From Macrostomum hystrix (taxonomy: Eukaryota; Animalia; Platyhelminthes), in the NCBI GenBank assembly GCA_950097015.1, contig CATNEN010000003.1:13330001-13394000 (forward strand): a stretch of 64,000 nucleotides of DNA, written 5' to 3'. The notes beneath the pieces are model-generated. The model was not told the origin of the DNA and made no database searches. It saw only the letters and a program-made list of their open reading frames with translations. This document shows, piece by piece, positions 13,101 through 25,917 of this stretch; position 1 is the first letter of the stretch, and each line of letters opens with the position of its first letter. The position numbers were made by a program, and so were the translations under genes.

Positions 13101-16100
13101 AGACAGTGAGACAGTGAGACAGTGAGACAGTGAGACAGTGAGACAGTGAGACAGTGAGACAGTAAGACAGTGAGACAGTGAGACAGTGAGACAGTGAGAC
13201 AGTGAGACAGTGAGACAGTGAGACAGTGAGACAGTGAGACTGTGAGACAGTGAGACAGTGAGACAGTGAGACAGTGAGACAGTGTGACGGTAGGCATGGA
13301 ACGTATTTTGACAACCAAAAAAAGTACAAATGAAGTAAATCATGCGAGCACAAGTCGTTACCTACAAAGGAACTAGACAACTAAAACATCTGAGGCTTAT
13401 TAACCATGTCTCATTCTCATACTCCTAACTCATACTCGTGCTTTCATTGTTTCGCTAATATTTTCACATTCATTCATTGCCTGAGTAGAGAGGCATTGCC
13501 TGAAGGCACAATTAATTATTGACTATGCCAGCAATGAAGGCAAGCCTTGTTGACCTATATAGCCACTGTTGCTGAGTTTTATGACTGTACTGACAAATCT
13601 GTATGATATAACAGATAAATAGCGAGGGATACAACGAAAGACAGACTCACTGACTGAGAAAGGAGAATTGTAAGAGTTAGATATGACGCTGCAAAGGTTA
13701 AACAGGAGAGACGTAGATAAAAGAGACTGGAGAGAGGTAGATAAGGGAGACTGGAGAGAGGTAGATAAATGGGACTGGAGAGAGGTAGATAAATGGGACT
13801 GGAGAGAGGTAGATAAATGGGACTGGAGAGAGGTAGATAAGGGAGACTGGAGAGAGGTAGATAAATGGGACTGGAGAGAGGTAGATAAATGGGACTGGAG
13901 AGAGGTAGATATGGGAGACTGAAGAGAGGTAGATAAGGGAGACTGGAGAGAGGTAGATAAATGGGACTGGAGAGAGGTAGATAAATGGGACTGGAGAGAG
14001 GTAGATATGAGGGAGACTGGAGAGAGGTAGATAAATGGGACTGGAGAGAGGTAGATAAGGGAGACTGGAGAGAGGTAGATATGAGGGAGACTGGAGAGAG
14101 GTAGATAAATGGGACTGGAGAGAGGTAGATAAATGGGACTGGAGAGAGGTAGATATGAGGGAGACTGGAGAGAGGTAGATAAATGGGACTGGAGAGAGGT
14201 AGATATGAGGGAGACTGGAGAGAGGTAGATAAATGGGACTGGAGAGAGGTAGATAAGGGAGACTGGAGAGAGGTAGATAAGGGAGACTGGAGAGAGGTAG
14301 ATAAGGGAGACTGGAGAGAGGTAGATAAGGGAGACTGGAGAGAGGTAGATAAGGGAGACTGAAGAGAGGTAGATAATGGAGACTGGAGAGAGGTAGATAA
14401 GGGAGACAGGAGAGAGGTAGATAAATGGGACTGAAGAGAGGTAGATAAGGGAGACTGGAGAGAGGTAGATATGAGGGAGACTGGAGAGAGGTAGATAAGG
14501 GAGACTGGAGAGGGGTAGATATGAGGGAGACTGGAGAGAGGTAGATATGAGGGAGACTGGAGAGAGGTAGATAAGGGAGACTGAAGAGAGGTAGATAATG
14601 GAGACTGGAGAGAGGTAGATAAGGGAGACAGGAGAGAGGTAGATAAATGGGACTGAAGAGAGGTAGATAAGGGAGACTGGAGAGAGGTAGATATGAGGGA
14701 GACTGGAGAGAGGTAGATATGAGGGAGACTGGAGAGAGGTAGATAAGGGAGACTGGAGAGGGGTAGATATGAGGGAGACTGGAGAGAGGTAGATAAAGGA
14801 GACTGGAGAGAGGTAGATATGAGGGAGACTGGAGAGAGGTAGATATGAGGGAGACTGGAGAGAGGTAGATATGAGGAACAAGAGAAGGGTAGATAGGAGA
14901 GACTAGGAGAGGTAGATAGAGTAAATAACTTCCCTCAAAAAACAAGCGACAGGGCAAAGCAGTAGTGTTTCGTGTTTAAAAGATTTGATTGCAGCTTTGA
15001 GGGTGCGCAAAAGAGAGGCGTGACTGAAATTTTTCTGTCCAGCTGCAGAAGCAAGTAATTAACTTTTCCTCAGTTCTAGCCGAACGCAGCCCTGGGGAAA
15101 ATGTCCGTGAATAGCAGCAGCAGCAGCAATAGTGAGTTGAGCAGAAAATGGCGTGCACTTGCTCACTAGATTGTTGTGAGCAAGAGGTAGAGTAAAAAAT
15201 ATATATATATTTCGCTGACGAAAAGAAGACACGATCCGGCAAGCCCTAATCCTCTAATTAGCGATGTTCATCGATTTAGGAGAAGCTAGAATGTACCTAA
15301 TGATTTTCGTGTTTTGCTTGAATTATATCAATTCATTATTGGCCTGAGACATTGGAAGGGATTGTCATAAACGTAAAGAAATTTCCAATTGAAATATTAC
15401 AAATTTGAAAGCTTCAACAAGAATTCTTTCTTATAGCTTGAGGAAATCTGTCTTGTTTTATTGCTGGACTACCCTCCCGTCTACTTATCGACCTGTCTCC
15501 ACTCTCCCTTATCTACCTCTGTTCAGTCTCCCTTGTCTACCTCTCTCCAGTCTCCCTTATCTACCTCTCTCCAGTCCCATTTATCTACCTCTCTCCAGTC
15601 TCCCTTATCTACCACTCTCCAGTCCCATTTATCTACCTCTCTCCAGTCTCCCTTATCTACCTCTCTCCACTCTCCCTTATCTACCTCTCTCCAGTCCCAT
15701 TTATCTACCTCTCTCCAGTCTCCCTTATCTACCTCTCTCCAGTCCCATTTATCTACCTCTCTCCAGTCTCCCTTATCTACCTCTCTCCAGTCTCCCTTAT
15801 CTACCTCTCTCCAGTCTCCCTTATCTACCTCTCTCCACTCTCCCTTATCTACCTCTCTTCAGTCTTCATTGTCCACCTCTCACCAGTCTCCCTTATCTAC
15901 CTCTCTTCAGTCTCCCATATCTACCTCTCTCCAGTCTCCCTTATCTACCTCTCTCCAGTCTCCATTGTCTACCACTCTCCAGTCTCCCTTATCTACCTCT
16001 CTTCAGTCCCATTTATCTACCTCTCTCCAGTCTCCCTTATCTACCTCTCTTCAGTCTTCATTGTCCACCTCTCACCAGTCTCCCTTATCTACCTCTCTTC

Positions 16101-19100
16101 AGTCTCCCTTATCTACCTCTCTCCAGTCTCCCTTATCTACCTCTCTCCAGTCTCCCTTATCTACCTCTCTCCAGTCCCATTTATCTACCACTCTCCAGTC
16201 TCCCTTATCTACCTCTCTTCAGTCCCATTTATCTACCTCTCTCCAGTCTCCCTTATCTACCTCTCTTCAGTCTTCATTGTCCACCTCTCACCAGTCTCCC
16301 TTATCTACCTCTCTTCAGTCTCCCTTATCTACCTCTCTCCAGTCTCCCTTATCTACCTCTCTCCAGTCCCATTTATCTACCACTCTCCAGTCTCCCTTAT
16401 CTACCTCTCTTCAGTCCCATTTATCTACCTCTCTCCAGTCTCCCTTATCTACCTCTCTTCAGTCTTCATTGTCCACCTCTCACCAGTCTCCCTTATCTAC
16501 CTCTCTTCAGTCTCCCTTATCTACCTCTCTCCAGTCTCCCTTATCTACATCTCTCCAGTCTCCATTGTCTACCACTCTCCAGTCTCCCTTATCTACCTCT
16601 CTTCAGTCCCATTTATCTACCTCTCTCCAGTCTCCCTTATCTACCTCTCTTCAGTCTTCATTGTCCACCTCTCACCAGTCTCCCTTATCTACCTCTCTTC
16701 AGTCTCCCTTATCTACCTCTCTCCAGTCTCCCTTATCTACCTCTCTCCAGTCCCATTTATCTACCTCTCTCCAGTCTCCCTTATCTACCTCTCTCCAGTC
16801 TCCCTTATCTACCTCTCTCCAGTCCCATTTATCTACCACTCTCCAGTCTCCCTTATCTACCTCTCTTCAGTCCCATTTATCTACCTCTCTCCAGTCTCCC
16901 TTATCTACCTCTCTTCAGTCTTCATTGTCCACCTCTCACCAGTCTCCCTTATCTACCTCTCTTCAGTCTCCCTTGTCTACCTCTCTCCAGTCTCCCTTAT
17001 CTACCTCTCTCCAGTCCCATTTATCTACCTCTCTCCAGTCTCCCTTATCTACCTCTCTCCAGTCTCCCTTATCTACCTCTCTCCACTCTCCCTTATCTAC
17101 CTCTCTTCAGTCTTCATTGTCCACCTCTCACCAGTCTCCCTTATCTACCTCTCTTCAGTCTCCCATATCTACCTGTCTCCAGTCTCCCTTATCTACCTCT
17201 CTCCAGTCTCCATTGTCTACCACTCTCCAGTCTCCCTTATCTACCTCTCTTCAGTCCCATTTATCTACCTCTCTCCAGTCTCCCTTATCTACCTCTCTTC
17301 AGTCTTCATTGTCCACCTCTCACCAGTCTCCCTTATCTACCTCTCTTCAGTCTCCCTTATCTACCTCTCTCCAGTCTCCCTTATCTACCTCTCTCCAGTC
17401 TCCCTTATCTACCTCTCTCCAGTCCCATTTATCTACCACTCTCCAGTCTCCCTTATCTACCTCTCTTCAGTCCCATTTATCTACCTCTCTCCAGTCTCCC
17501 TTATCTACCTCTCTTCAGTCTTCATTGTCCACCTCTCACCAGTCTCCCTTATCTACCTCTCTTCAGTCTCCCTTATCTACCTCTCTCCAGTCTCCCTTAT
17601 CTACATCTCTCCAGTCTCCATTGTCTACCACTCTCCAGTCTCCCTTATCTACCTCTCTTCAGTCCCATTTATCTACCTCTCTCCAGTCTCCCTTATCTAC
17701 CTCTCTCCAGTCTCCCTTATCTACCTCTCTCCAGTCCCATTTATCTACCACTCTCCAGTCTCCCTTATCTACCTCTCTTCAGTCCCATTTATCTACCTCT
17801 CTCCAGTCTCCCTTATCTACCTCTCTTCAGTCTTCATTGTCCACCTCTCACCAGTCTCCCTTATCTACCTCTCTTCAGTCCCATTTATCTACCTCTCTCC
17901 AGTCTCCCTTATCTACCTCTCTCCAGTCCCATTTATCTACCTCTCTCCAGTCTCCCTTATCTACCTCTCTTCAGTCTTCATTGTCCACCTCTCACCAGTC
18001 TCCCTTATCTACCTCTCTTCAGTCTCCCTTATCTACCTCTCTTCAGTCTCCCATATCTACCTCTCTCCAGTCTCCCTTTTCTACCTCTCTCCAGTCCCAT
18101 TTATCTACCTTTCTCCAGTCTCCTTTATCTACCTCTCTTCAGTCTCCCTTATCTACCACTCTCCAGTCTCTCTTATCTACCTCTCTCCAGTCTCCCTTAT
18201 CTACCTCTCTCCAGTCTTCTTTATCTACCTCTCTCCAGTCTCCCTTATCTACCTCTCTCCAGTCCCCCTTATCTACCTCTCTCCAGTCTCCCTTATCTAC
18301 CTCTCTCCAGTCTCCATTGTCTACCACTCTCCAGTCTCCCTTATCTACCTCTCTCCAGTCTCCATTGTCTACCACTCTCCATTCTCCCTTATCTACCTCT
18401 CTCCAGTCTTCCTTATCTACCTCTCTTCAGTCTCCCTTATCTACCTCTCTTCAGTCTCCCATATCTACCTCTCTCCAGTCTCCATTGTCTACCACTCTCC
18501 ATTCTCCCTTATCTACCTCTCTCCAGTCTTCCTTATCTACCTCTCTTCAGTCTCCCTTATCTACCTCTCTTCAGTCTCCCATATCTACCTCTCTCCAGTC
18601 TCCATTGTCTACCACTCTCCATTCTCCCTTATCTACCTCTCTCCAGTCTTCCTTATCTACCTCTCTTCAGTCTCCCTTATCTACCTCTCTTCAGTCTCCC
18701 ATATCTACCTCTCTCCAGTCTCCATTGTCTACCACTCTCCATTCTCCCTTATCTACCTCTCTCCAGTCTCCCTTATCTACTTCTATCCAGTTTCCCTTAT
18801 CTACCTCTATCCAGTTTCCCTTATCTACCTCTATCCAGTTTCCCTTATCTACCTCTATCCAGTTTCCCTTATCTACCTCTATCCAGTTTCCCTTATCTAC
18901 CTCTATCCAGTTTCCCTTATCTACGTCTGTCCTGTGGCCTTCATCTAGCATTCAATCTAGCTGTCTCCAATGTCCCCAAACGCGCAGCCCAGCTTACCCG
19001 AATGCCCAGGAATTTGCGATGCAGAATGACCCAGCCGAGCAGGTAGGTGAATGAAGGCGTCATTGCGAACATGGCCACAAATTCAATTGACGGCACTGTG

Positions 19101-22100
19101 GTCAGGGCTCTGTAGAGACAGTAGAGCATCAGCATCCAGACGCTGGTGAAGATTGTAGCTCGCAATGCGAATACTGTCGGTTTGTTCAATTCTCCAGATA
19201 GAATCACCATGTTTAGGCTGCGTAAGTTTATCAAGGAACATTTATTTATAACGAGTTTTGTTAGATCGTTACTTTCAAATTAAGCCATAAATAAATACTT
19301 TTATTTTTATCGAAAAGTAACGAGCTTTACATCATAAAGTTACTTATTCGTCACTTTCGTTACTTATTCGCTACTTATAAATCGATGTTACTTCACAAGT
19401 ACCCAGCGTTACTAATAAATATTCGTTACTCCACAAGTACCCAGCGTTACTAATAAATATTCGTTACTGTACAAGTACCCAGCGTTACTAATAAATATAC
19501 GTCACTCTACAAGTACCCAGCGTTACTAATAAATATTCGTTACTCTACAAGTACCCAGCGTTACTAATAAATATTCGTTACTCTACAAGTACCCAGCGTT
19601 ACTAATAAATATTCGTTACTCTACAAGTACCCAGCGTTACTAATAAATATACGTTACTCTACAAGTACCCAGCGTTACTAATAAATATTCGTTACTCTAC
19701 AAGTACCCAGCGTTACTAATAAATATACGTTACTTTACAAGTACCCAGCGTTACTAATAAATATACGTTACTCTACAAGTACCCAGCGTTACTAATAAAT
19801 ATAAGTTACTCTACAAGTACCCAGCGTTACTAATAAATTTTCGTTACTTCACAATAATTTTACGTTACTTTTAAATCTAACGGTTACTTATAGTACTAAC
19901 CGTTACTTGTGGATGTAAGTTACAAAAATAAGTTCATTGCGGTACTTCTCAATCACCGTTACTTTCAATTTTTTGAAGCCTTGTTTCTACGTTACTCGAC
20001 TAAACCAAAATCTTTCCCCTAGCAACGACACTGTCCTACTGAATCTTATAAAAGTACATTTAATAAATGATCACACAATTTTCCCTAGACTTTACCTGGA
20101 TCATTAATCTTGAAGTATTCAGCAATATTCGATATTCTCCGAAACATCATATTTCTTATTACAGCAGCTTCTTACAGCACAGCAAATAAAAGCTGTCGTT
20201 TGTTTGGCGAATCTAACTTCCTTTCATAATCTCCAAAAAATGTTTTGGACCAAATAATCAATCTTGTCCTATGCTACTTAACAGTTTGCCATCATATATT
20301 TCTAGGGATTAGTCAAGATACAAACGATTTCTACCTGGTTTAATTATTGTTTCTTTTCATACTTCCGAGCCATCTGTCATTAAACAACTGCTTTCTCACA
20401 GATTTTGCGACAATATTTTTTGTTATTTTTCTTGAATTTGTATCCTGTTCACCTTCTTCAATACACTTCTTTAGAATAAGTCTATTATCTACCCGTCTCT
20501 ACTTAAATATTTCCTGTCTCCCAATCTACCCCTTGTCTACATCTCTCTAGTCTCCCTTATCTACCTCTCACGTATCTCCATTATCTATCGTCAGCTAACT
20601 CTCATATCTAACCCTCACCTATCTCTCTTATCTACCCCCTCCTATCTACCTCTCAATTATCTCCCTTATCTATCCTCACCTATCAATAATATCAACCTCT
20701 CACTCATCTCTCTTATCTACCTCTCAACAATCCCTTTTATCTATCCTCACCTGTTTCCCTTATCTACATCTCACTTACCACTCTAATCTACCTCTCACCT
20801 TTCTCTCTAATCTTCCTCTCTCCTATTTCCCTTCTCTACCTCTCACCTGTCTCTCTTATCTACCTCTCACTTATCTCCCTAATCTATCCTCACCTATCTC
20901 TCTAATCTACTTATCTCTCTTATCTCAAGCGCAGTCTCTTAGCTGACCGATGCAAATCCTTCAGCTGGTTGAGATCAGCCGACAGCCAAATTGAGCAGCT
21001 AGCCATGTAGATGGGATAGAACAAAGCCATGAGACCGGCAGAAACGTAGGCCAAAAAGAATGGCACGGCGGCAGATTTCTGAGTTACTGCTACACCGGCT
21101 GCGGCGGTAGTTGCTAGGCTAGTTGTAGTACTAGTTGCTTCCGCAGAAGTCGACGCTGTTGGCCATAGACTATTGGAACTATTCGATAAGCTGGCAGGCC
21201 CAGTAGCTGTAGAATTGCTAATCGCATTAGCGGCTAACACGGCTTCATGCCGCAATCCGTACACTTCTCTGGCGCAGTTGACGCAGGTCACCCATAGACA
21301 TGCTACAGCGACCGTCAGGACCGCCCCGGCGGCTATCCTCCGACTAGCCGGCCTTCGAGGACCAACAGCGCCTGCCACCGGTGGCGGAGGCTGCGGTTGT
21401 TGACCGTCGTCTAGCATGATTAAGCCGCCGCCGATGCTGCCGCGTGCCCCAGATCGAGTCTGCGGACGGCTGTGCTGCTGCTGCTGCTGCTGGGCTATGA
21501 CGCTGGCTCGCCTGAGACTGGCATAACTGGACGCCAGCGTCTCAGATAAGTTTGTGCTGTCTGCAATTAGTAAGGCGCAGATTCCGTGAGTCTACCCCTC
21601 TGAATCTACCCCTTTTGAATCTACCCCTCTGAATCTACCCCTTTTTGAATCTACCCCTCTGAATTTACCCCTTTGAATCTACCCCTTTTTGAATCTACCC
21701 CTCTGAATCTACCCCTTTGAATCTACCCCTCTGAATCTACCCCTTTTGAATCAACCCTTTTTGAATCTACCCCTCTGAATCTACCCCTTTGAATCTACCC
21801 CTTTGAATCTACCCCTTTGAATCTACTACCCCTCTGAATCTACCCCTTTTTGAATCTACCCCTCTGAATTTACCCCTTTGAATCTACCCCTTTTTGAATC
21901 TACCCCTCTGAATCTACCCCTCTGAATCTACCCCTTTGAATCTACTACCCCTCTGAATCTACCCCTCTGAATCTACCCCTCTGAATCTACCCCTTTGAAT
22001 CTACTACCCCTCTGAATCTACCCCTCTGAATCTACCCCTCTGAATTTACCCCTTTGAATCTACCCCTTTTTGAATCTACCCCTCTGAATCTACCCCTTTG

Positions 22101-23361
22101 AATCTACTACCCCTCTGAATCTACCCCTCTGAATCTACCCCTCTGAATCTACCCCTCTGAATCTACCCCTTTGAATCTACTACCCCTCTGAATCTACCCC
22201 TTTTGAATCTACCCATCTGAATCTACCCCTCTGAATCTACCCCTCTGAATCTACCCCTTTTGAATCTACCCCTCTGAATCTACCCCTTTTGAATCAACCA
22301 TTTTTGAATCTACCCCTTTGAATCTACCCCTCTGAATCTACCCCTTTTGAATCAACCATTTTTGAATCTACCCCTTTTGAATCTACCCCTCTGAATCTAC
22401 CCCTTTTGAATCAACCCTTTTTGAATCTACCCCTCTGAATCTACCCCTTTGAATCTACCCCTTTTGAATCTACCCCTTTTGAATCTACCCCTTTTGAATC
22501 TACCCCTTTTGAATCAACCCTTTTTGAATCTACCCCTTTGAATCTACCCCTCGGGATCTACCTCGCCGAATCCTGCTTCTCTGACTCATTCTAAGTCATA
22601 TATTTCTCCTCCGATGACGTTCGATCGGTTTCTGTACTTCTCCTCATTTCAGTTTTTCCATCAGTTCCTGCATGGGCCCGTCACTATAGATCGAACTTGG
22701 AACTGTCGGTTTAGTTTAGCATCTTACGCTCGACCCTGACTGATTCTCAATGCCTTACAGTCTAGAGTTACAAAAATGGATTCGCTACATTACTATGGCT
22801 ACAAACGTGCTTAAATTAGATGTCACAATATTTGCAATTTTCGCATTCTGTTTACTAACGTGAGTATTGGATAAAAATCACTTTCTTGATAAACAGTAAA
22901 GTTATATGTTCACCAATTGTTACTTTCGTAAATAATAAAAGTGCATAAAAGTACATTTGGTCCTTCTACCGGTTTAAATGTTAGTTTTTTCGAATGAAAC
23001 CTATAAGAACAATAGTTTTAGCGATTCCATTTTTCACCTGTAGGCTTGGTTTACTTATTCACGTGATCAACTAGGTTTGTGTTATACTGGGCTAATTTTT
23101 TTCAACTATATTGAATAGGAAAATGTTCCCGGGAAGTTAACAGAGCTCTGAAAAAAAACACGAATTTCAAGACTGCCCAGTTGCTACTGTCGGAATCTGC
23201 GAGACGTGGCGCTCACTATCGATGGAGAATGAAACTGTTGCGCCAGAAAAGGAAAGGAAATTGGATTCCGCATTGCTTCCCCACTGCTGCTGCTGCTGCT
23301 GCTGCTCGGTTTTTTCCCTGCCTTCACTCTGGACTGGAGTAGCTGTAAGCTCAATTGTCAT
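10172..23361 (-). CDS. SLC35F: Solute carrier family 35 member F3/F4-like (DMT-superfamily, putative thiamine transporter), 7 coding exons
   Basis: Exons 23361-23217, 21560-20948, 19217-18998, 11707-11591, 11495-11423, 10877-10662, 10395-10172 with GT-AG junctions and matching phases. About 10 hydrophobic segments. Motifs PFFLAY..LFYPIY, FTYLLGWVILHRKFLGIR|IVAFLL, PWPFV, LLLNLG and APEGW match SLC35F3/F4. The first exon is the least certain. Confidence 0.82.
10456..10548. repeat. 17-bp tandem repeat (TTGGTTTGAATGTACA)
   Basis: About 5 copies. Confidence 0.85.
11055..11280. repeat. 25-bp (50-bp dimer) tandem repeat GGAATCCAT(C/A)GAAAGTACA..
   Basis: Direct inspection. Confidence 0.85.
11798..12155. 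repeat. 20-bp minisatellite TCTAACAGAAGATTAGCGTG
   Basis: Direct inspection. Confidence 0.95.
12515..13287. repeat. 8-bp satellite (GAGACAGT)n
   Basis: Direct inspection. Confidence 0.95.
13702..14918. repeat. 24-bp minisatellite, purine-rich orientation (GACTGGAGAGAGGTAGATAAGGGA)
   Basis: Reverse complement of the 15470-18935 array. Confidence 0.95.
15470..18935. repeat. 24-bp minisatellite, pyrimidine-rich orientation (TCCCTTATCTACCTCTCTCCAGTC)
   Basis: About 3.5 kb with recurring variant blocks. Confidence 0.95.
19385..19852. repeat. 37-bp minisatellite (GTTACTCTACAAGTACCCAGCGTTACTAATAAATATTC-like)
   Basis: About 12 near-identical copies. Confidence 0.92.
20510..20925. repeat. Degenerate 23-24-bp TATCTACCTCTC array related to the 24-bp family
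   Basis: Shares CTTATCTACCTCTC. Confidence 0.75.
21589..22562. repeat. 14-17-bp minisatellite GAATCTACCCCT(C/T)T
   Basis: Direct inspection. Confidence 0.95.
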
Positions 23362-23565
23362 GCGGTTCGCATCTTCACTCTCTCTCTCTCTTTCTCACCC
23401 ACACTCTCTCTCGTTTCTCTATTTCCCTCTCTTTTTCATTTCTTTCGGTAAAGAACAGCAAGTAGCATTGAGCTACGGCCATTGCTGACTTCATCGATGA
23501 TTCACTGAATAGTTAAATTGTTCTTGTTACTCACAATTCAACTTAGGTTGAACTTTATAATATTT

Positions 23566-23960
23566 GAAATCTCATCCTCATCTAAAATGTCACCATGATC
23601 TAAAATTTCACCATGATCTAAAATGTCACCATGATCTAAAATGTCGCCATGATCTAAAATGTCACCATCATCTAAAATGTCACCATCATCTCAAATCTCA
23701 TCCTCATCTCTCCCCTGTCTCATCTCTCCCCTGTCTCATCTCTCCCCTGTCTCATTTCTCCCCCGTCTCATCTCTTCCCTGTCTCATCTCTCCCCTGTCT
23801 CATTTCTCCCCCGTCTCATCTCTCCCCTGTCTCATCTCTTCCCTGTCTCATCCCTCCCCTGTCTCATCTCTCCCCTGTCTCATCTCTCTTCATCTCAAAT
23901 CTCATTCTTAACTCATATCTCACCCTCATCTCATATCTCACCCTTATCTCAAATCTCAAT
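23566..23960. repeat. 18-bp (CACCATGATCTAAAATGT) and 17-bp (TCTCTCCCCTGTCTCA-like) arrays
   Basis: Adjacent arrays. Confidence 0.88.
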
Positions 23961-24469
23961 TTTATCGCAAATCTCAGCTTAATCCAAAATCTCAACAGTA
24001 TTTCATATCTCAACCTGGTTTCAAATCTCATCTATCAGCAGTATGTCATTTTCTATATTTAATGTACACTCATATTTTTAAGTAGCAAAGCTGATACAAA
24101 GTACGAACATTCACTTAAAACGAATCCTCAATGTGGCAGTTATGCTAGAAAAGCCTTTAAATGCGAAGGTACCCCTTCGCGCACGCGCTTGTTATAATCT
24201 AAAGCTTTCAGTTGACACAAAGATAAGCTGAGTTCCGTCTCTGTCATTTCTCGCTCACAAAAGAGGCTTTTGTCCGAGTGTTTTAACTCTAAACTTGACG
24301 ACATTATAACTACGAGCTGAATTTTTAAACAAAATTTAGTTTTTAAGCAAATGCTGAGTTGACACTAGCAGTCTACTATCTTACTTGTTTAAGTGTACTG
24401 TTAATTTGTTTCAGTCTTGATTATACCCAATTCACCTTCTATATCAAAATCTTTATCTTCTTCTTTATC

Positions 24470-25105
24470 CATCTCTCTCATCTTTCCCCTGTCTCATCTC
24501 TCCCCTGTCTCATCTCTCCCCTGTCTCATCTCTCCCCTGTTTCATCTTTCCCCCGTCTCATCTCTCCCCTGTCTCATCTCTCCCCTGTCTCATCTTTCCC
24601 CTGTCTCATCTCTCCCCTGTCTCATCTCTCCCCTGTCTCATCATTCCCCTGTTTCATCTTTCCCCCGTCTCATCTCTCCCCTGTCTCATCTCTCCCCTGT
24701 CTCATCTCTCCCCTGTCTCATCTTTCCCCTGTCTCATCTCTCGCCTGTCTCATCTTTCCCCTGTCTCATCTCTCCCCTGTCTCATCTCTCCCCTGTCTCA
24801 TCTCTCCCCTGTCTCATCTCTCCCCTGTCTCATTTCTCCCCTGTCTCATTTCTCCCCTGTCTCATCTCTCCCCTGTCTCATCTCTCCCGTGTCTCATCTC
24901 CCCCTGTCTCATCTCTCCCGTATCTCATCTCTTCCCTGTCTCATCTCTCCCGTGTCTCATCTCTCCCCTGTCTCATCTCTTCCCTGTCTCATCTCTCCCC
25001 CGTCTCATCTCTCCCTTTTCTCATATTCCTACAGTCAATGCGGCCCGCTGTCGTACTTTAGGTTCTCTCCGTGGCCCGCTCGCTAAAAAGTTTTCCGACC
25101 CGTGC
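24470..25105. repeat. 17-bp CCCCTGTCTCATCTCT array followed by an hAT-like terminus
   Basis: Array followed by AATGCGGCCCGC..CCGACCCGTG. The same junction is seen inverted at 53077-53430. Confidence 0.85.
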
Positions 25106-25478
25106 ATTTAAGTCTTTATCCACCTCTCTATCCAACTCTCTGTTTATTTTTAAAAAGCCATTTCTGTATCGCATTGTACTGTTTTACGTGCCTGTAATTA
25201 ACAAGCAATTATTGTCTTGGGCCCAGAAGACAATAATTGATCTCGAAGATCAGAAAGTTGGATCAACTAAAGCGTTACCAAGGACAACAAGTTGACTAAG
25301 CCTGCTATTTCATGTTTTTACATGTCATCAGATGCCTAAGCTTCAAGGGTATCAAATTTTCGACGGAGTCCAAAAAACACTTCCCTGTGAAACTTGATCG
25401 CTGTAAGAAAACTAAATCGATCCCCGAGTTGTCTTCACATTTCTGTCAAGCAGTCAACACTTAGTCGAAAGATTTGAA

Positions 25479-25906
25479 ATGCTCACTCAATAACTACAGA
25501 AATGGAGTGCTCACTCAATAACTACAGAAACGGAGTGCTCACTCAATAACTACAGAAATGGAGTGCTCACTCAATAACTACAGAAATGGAGTGCTCACTC
25601 AATAACTACAGAAATGGAGTGCTCACTCAATAACTACAGAAATGGAGTGCTCACTCAATAACTACAGAAATGGAGTGCTCACTCAATAACTACAGAAATG
25701 GAGTGCTCACTCAATAACTACAGAAATGGAGTGCTCACTCAATAACTACAGAAATGGAGTGCTCACTCAATAACTACAGAAATGGAGTGCTCACTCAATA
25801 ACTACAGAAATGGAGTGCTCACTCAATAACTACTGAAATGGAGTGCTCACTCAATAACTACAGAAATGGAGTGCTCACTCAATAACTACAGAAATGGAGT
25901 GCTCAC
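25479..25906. repeat. 29-bp minisatellite GCTCACTCAATAACTACAGAAATGGAGT
   Basis: About 15 near-perfect head-to-tail copies, no spacers. Confidence 0.95.
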
Positions 25907-25917
25907 AGAACTAAGAT

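Noticed and set aside
15405-19054. 1213-aa and 1197-aa ORFs
   Set aside because: Translations of a stop-free 24-bp satellite, open in several frames and antisense within an SLC35F intron.
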